Source of the DNA: Bacteroidia bacterium
Lineage (GTDB): Bacteria > Bacteroidota > Bacteroidia > NS11-12g > UBA9320
DNA length: 64,000 nt
Assembly (NCBI GenBank): GCA_965216465.1
Contig: CBDCFW010000003.1
Location: forward strand, 32,001 to 96,000
Reading direction: 5' to 3'
Positions 60,356 through 64,000 of the stretch are shown here, piece by piece. The notes beneath the pieces are model-generated. The model was not told where the DNA came from. It was given only the letters and a program-made list of their open reading frames with translations, and searched no databases. How positions within the stretch are numbered: the stretch's first letter is position 1; each line of letters opens with the position of its first letter. A program made the position numbers and the translations under genes.

Positions 60356-62936
60356 TTAACTTCATTAAGGCCTCAATAGGAGTGAGGCTATCGATGTTCA
60401 ATTTATCAATGGTCGTGATAATTTCAGCTGTTTTCGGGTCATTTATTTGAAATAAATTCATTTGATACATCTGATCTTGAGCTTTTTTAATGCTTTCTCG
60501 TGTGCTAATACTCGAACGGTCACTCTCCAATTGCTTTAGGATTACATCCGCTCTTTTGAGCACCTGCTTAGGAATGCCAGCCATACGAGCAACATGAATA
60601 CCAAAGCTATGTTCACTACCTCCTTTCTTCATTTTTCTCAAGAAGATTACCTTTTTACGTGATTCTTCTGTACTTACGTAGTAGTTCACGATACCTTCGT
60701 GCTTTGCTTCTAATTCATTAAGCTCATGGTAGTGAGTCGCAAACAACGTTTTAGGTTTAGTAGGGTGTTGGTGAAGGAATTCAGCAATTGACCACGCCAA
60801 ACTTACCCCATCGAAGGTGCTTGTACCTCTTCCAATTTCGTCGAGAATAACCAAGCTTCGTTCTGAAAGGTTATTAAGAATAGAGGCGGTTTCAACCATC
60901 TCTACCATAAAGGTAGATTCACCTTGAGAAATATTATCAGATGCTCCTACACGCGTGTAAATCTTGTCGACTATTCCAACCTGAGCATGACGAGCGGGTA
61001 CAAAACAACCCACTTGAGCGAGCAACGTGGTTAATGCGGTTTGTCTCAATATTGCCGATTTACCCGACATATTCGGTCCAGTTAAAATGATAATTTGCTG
61101 GTCTTCTTTGTTAAGGTAAATGTCGTTTGGAATATAAGCTTCGCCGATTGGAAGTTGTTTCTCTATTACAGGGTGTCGTCCATCTTTGATTGCCAGACTC
61201 ATTTCGTCGTTTACCTCAGGTTTTGAATATTCGTTTTCAACAGACACCGAGGCAAAAGACATGAGACAATCAAGCTTAGCAATTTGACGTGCATTTTGCT
61301 GGATTTGCGTAATATAAACGCTTAACTGATTTACGAGCTCAGCATAAAGACGTTGTTCTAATTCGCTAATCTTGTCTTCTGCGGCTAGAATTTTCTCTTC
61401 AAATTCTTTTAGTTCTGGTGTTATATAACGCTCTGCACTAACTAGAGTTTGTTTACGAATCCAGTCTTCTGGAACCTTATCTTTATGGGTATGAGTAACT
61501 TCTAAATAGTACCCAAAAACGTTATTGAAAGCCAGCTTCAAACTGCTAATGCCCGTTCGCTCTGCCTCTCTAATTTTGACGTTGAGCAGGTAGTCTTTGC
61601 TGTTTTTAGATAGAGAAATGTATTCATCCAATTCTGAATCAACTCCGGTTTTGAATACTCCACCTTTATTTACAAGAACAGGAGCATCGTCAGCGATATG
61701 TTCATCGATAATTTTTGCTAAGTCTTCACACAAATTCAGCTGATCAGCGAAGCGTTCAACTGGGCGGCATTCTACAGCGTCGCATTGCATTTTTATTTTT
61801 CCAACTGCTTTTACAGCTTTTGACAACTGCAACAACTCTTTAGGATTTATGCGCCGCAGAGCAACTTTAGATATTAATCGCTCTAAATCGCCAATTTCTT
61901 GGATGGATTCTGATAGGTTAGTAAATAAGTTGTTGTCTGTAATTAAATACTCAACAGTGTTTAAGCGGTCATTTATCTCACTAATGTCGAGCAGCGGAAG
62001 AATCAACCAATTGCGCATCAGTCTGCTACCCATAGGAGAGAGTGTTCGGTCGACAACATCGAGCAAAGAAATTCCGGTGTGGTGGTTGCTTTGAATGATT
62101 TCGAGATTTCTGATGGTGAAAGAATCTATCCAAACATGGTTTTGTTGATCGATTCGTTTAATTCCGTTAATATGCTCTAAATCAGTGTGGTGTGTTTGGT
62201 TGAGGTAGTGAATAATGGCTCCAGCTGCGATTGTTGCCGTAGTCATGTGGTCAATACCAAATCCTCGAAGCGTGTCGGTTTGAAATTGTCTTTCTAATTG
62301 TTCTTTGGCATAATCTGACTCAAAAAACCACTTATCTATAGCATAGCTATAAAACTCTTCACCATACAATCGATCGAACTTTTCGCGGTACGACTTCGAC
62401 AAAATAATTTCGGTAGGGTTGATGGTCTTAATCAAGCGTTCTACGTAGTCTACGTTTCCTTCGGCCACCATAAATTCACCCGTTGAAAGATCGGCAAATG
62501 CCACACCTACTTGTTGATTCTCTTCAAAAATCGCGGCCAAGTAATTGTTCGAACGACTATCAAAGGTTTTATCGTTTGCAGAAACACCAGGAGTAATCAA
62601 TTCGGTAACGCCACGCTTAACAATTTTTTTTGTTTTTTTTGGATCTTCAAGCTGCTCGCATACGGCTACGCGTTGACCTGCACGAACTAATTTAGGAAGA
62701 TAGGTATCTAAGCTGTGATGTGGAAAACCTGCTAACTCAACAGCCCCAGCAGCACCGTTCTTTCTTTTTGTAAGAACTATATCTAGAATTTTCGATGCTG
62801 CAATCGCGTCTTCACCAAATGTTTCGTAAAAATCACCCACTCTAAAAAGTAGCAGTGTACCGGGGTACTTGCCTTTAATTTCGGCGTACTGCTTCATTAG
62901 CGGAGTTTCTTTTTGCTTCTTTACCTTTGTGCTCAA
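60327..62936 (-). CDS. mutS: DNA mismatch repair protein MutS
   Basis: TPLMKQY, FRVGDFYE, GPNMSGKS, STFMVEM, DEIGRGTST, FATHYHEL. Confidence 0.98.
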   Translation of the reverse strand: MSTKVKKQKETPLMKQYAEIKGKYPGTLLLFRVGDFYETFGEDAIAASKILDIVLTKRKNGAAGAVELAGFPHHSLDTYLPKLVRAGQRVAVCEQLEDPKKTKKIVKRGVTELITPGVSANDKTFDSRSNNYLAAIFEENQQVGVAFADLSTGEFMVAEGNVDYVERLIKTINPTEIILSKSYREKFDRLYGEEFYSYAIDKWFFESDYAKEQLERQFQTDTLRGFGIDHMTTATIAAGAIIHYLNQTHHTDLEHINGIKRIDQQNHVWIDSFTIRNLEIIQSNHHTGISLLDVVDRTLSPMGSRLMRNWLILPLLDISEINDRLNTVEYLITDNNLFTNLSESIQEIGDLERLISKVALRRINPKELLQLSKAVKAVGKIKMQCDAVECRPVERFADQLNLCEDLAKIIDEHIADDAPVLVNKGGVFKTGVDSELDEYISLSKNSKDYLLNVKIREAERTGISSLKLAFNNVFGYYLEVTHTHKDKVPEDWIRKQTLVSAERYITPELKEFEEKILAAEDKISELEQRLYAELVNQLSVYITQIQQNARQIAKLDCLMSFASVSVENEYSKPEVNDEMSLAIKDGRHPVIEKQLPIGEAYIPNDIYLNKEDQQIIILTGPNMSGKSAILRQTALTTLLAQVGCFVPARHAQVGIVDKIYTRVGASDNISQGESTFMVEMVETASILNNLSERSLVILDEIGRGTSTFDGVSLAWSIAEFLHQHPTKPKTLFATHYHELNELEAKHEGIVNYYVSTEESRKKVIFLRKMKKGGSEHSFGIHVARMAGIPKQVLKRADVILKQLESDRSSISTRESIKKAQDQMYQMNLFQINDPKTAEIITTIDKLNIDSLTPIEALMKLNELKQALED

Positions 62937-62948
62937 TTTAGAAAAATT

Positions 62949-63476
62949 TTGACACGCAAGTTAAAAAACCAAGACCTCAATAGGCTCACTGTTGAAAAGT
63001 TTAAGAAAGTTTCTAAAACGCCCCTCATTTTGGTGTTAGACAACATAAGAAGCATGCACAATGTCGGTGCAATGTTTCGAACTGCAGATGCCTTCAGAAT
63101 AGAAAAGATTTACTTGTGCGGTATTACTGCTCAACCACCGCATCGAGATATTCGAAAAACAGCTTTAGGAGCCGAAGAAAGTGTAGAATGGGAGTATGTA
63201 GAATCAACCGCTGATGCGATCAAAAACATTGATGATTCTTATATCTGTGCACTAGAGCAAGCAATTAATAGCACTGAATTGCGTGAAGTAAAGTTGCCAC
63301 AAGACAAGAAAGTTGTGTTAATTGTGGGAAATGAGGTTGATGGAGTAGACGAAAATTTGCTTGATTTTTGCGATGAAATAATTGAAATCCCGCAATTCGG
63401 AACAAAGCACTCGTTTAATGTGTCAGTTTCTGCAGGTATTACCATGTGGGAATTATTTAATAAAATCAATGAATAA
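62949..63476 (+). CDS. TrmH/SpoU-family RNA methyltransferase
   Basis: LDNIRSMHNVGAMFRTAD, GNEVDG, IPQFGTKHSFNVS; start likely TTG 62949. Confidence 0.9.
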   Translation: MTRKLKNQDLNRLTVEKFKKVSKTPLILVLDNIRSMHNVGAMFRTADAFRIEKIYLCGITAQPPHRDIRKTALGAEESVEWEYVESTADAIKNIDDSYICALEQAINSTELREVKLPQDKKVVLIVGNEVDGVDENLLDFCDEIIEIPQFGTKHSFNVSVSAGITMWELFNKINE

Positions 63477-64000
63477 ACGCATTGCCACTACTGCCGCTTG
63501 GTTTGTTGCGATAGGTCTAAGTCAAGTTCTATACGCCAACGATATTGTCGATCAATTTGTAGAAAAAATAACAAATGAGCAATCTCGTATTGACCAAATT
63601 GATGGAATACAAGACCATAAAATAAGACTAAAGAGTACATTACAAACTGACCAAGCCACTGAGACCTATATTCTATCTCCATCACGCATTGTTGGAAAGA
63701 TTGTTGGAGATCACTTACTGCCCGACGTTCAGAAGATTGACCAATTAAGAAGGGTATATGCACTGCTTGAAGATGTAGATGAACGAAATGTTCATTTCTA
63801 CACGAAGTACAGTAATGTATTTAGTTTAATTGAAAAGGTTCAGAATGTGGAAGATGTAGAGCGGTTAGAATCCATTTTAAAGAGCAATGTCTACACGTCA
63901 CTAAACCTGATAGCCTTTTATATTGAGAAACCAGTAGCTGAGCAGTTCTTTATGGCAGCAGCACGCATTGAGCCAACCGAATTATTAAAGCACTACAAGG
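63469..64000 (+). CDS. Secreted hypothetical protein, truncated by the window end
   Basis: MNKRIATTAAWFVAIGLSQVLYA signal peptide; frame open to 64000. Confidence 0.7.
   Translation, partial: MNKRIATTAAWFVAIGLSQVLYANDIVDQFVEKITNEQSRIDQIDGIQDHKIRLKSTLQTDQATETYILSPSRIVGKIVGDHLLPDVQKIDQLRRVYALLEDVDERNVHFYTKYSNVFSLIEKVQNVEDVERLESILKSNVYTSLNLIAFYIEKPVAEQFFMAAARIEPTELLKHYK

Noticed and set aside
234-63763. Many 60-110 aa ORFs antisense to or nested in well-supported genes
   Set aside because: Shadow frames without motifs or independent expression signals

Overview
AT-rich Bacteroidota chromosome segment, judged from the fused lpxC-fabZ, porX, many type IX secretion (T9SS) cargo proteins and TAnnTTTG -7 promoter elements. 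Housekeeping blocks include the HD-lpxD-lpxC/fabZ-lpxA operon, porX-tsaE, ferritin, tRNA-Gly/tRNA-Leu, gpmI, guaA and mutS. A variable stretch of small lipoprotein and membrane genes lies beside tRNA-Leu (about 20.4-27.0 kb). The main candidate for an undescribed system is a regulatory locus at about 10.5-18.1 kb. An 18-bp box (AATCAAYRATTTACTACA) occurs five times at a near-fixed distance upstream of non-canonical -7 elements. The boxes point at a dockerin-like/cohesin-like secreted pair, a UvrY/GacA-like regulator, a small two-ORF unit and two intergenic hairpin RNAs. The single-stranded leader of each hairpin RNA is complementary to the translation-start region of a different one of two tandem ~1045-aa T9SS paralogs about 26-29 kb away. 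Next to this sits a small protein / multi-TM protein / histidine kinase / response regulator module. The sequence matches were read directly by eye; the regulatory model is inference. Three single-base homopolymer frameshifts probably reflect sequencing error. No CRISPR array, integrase or transposase was seen.
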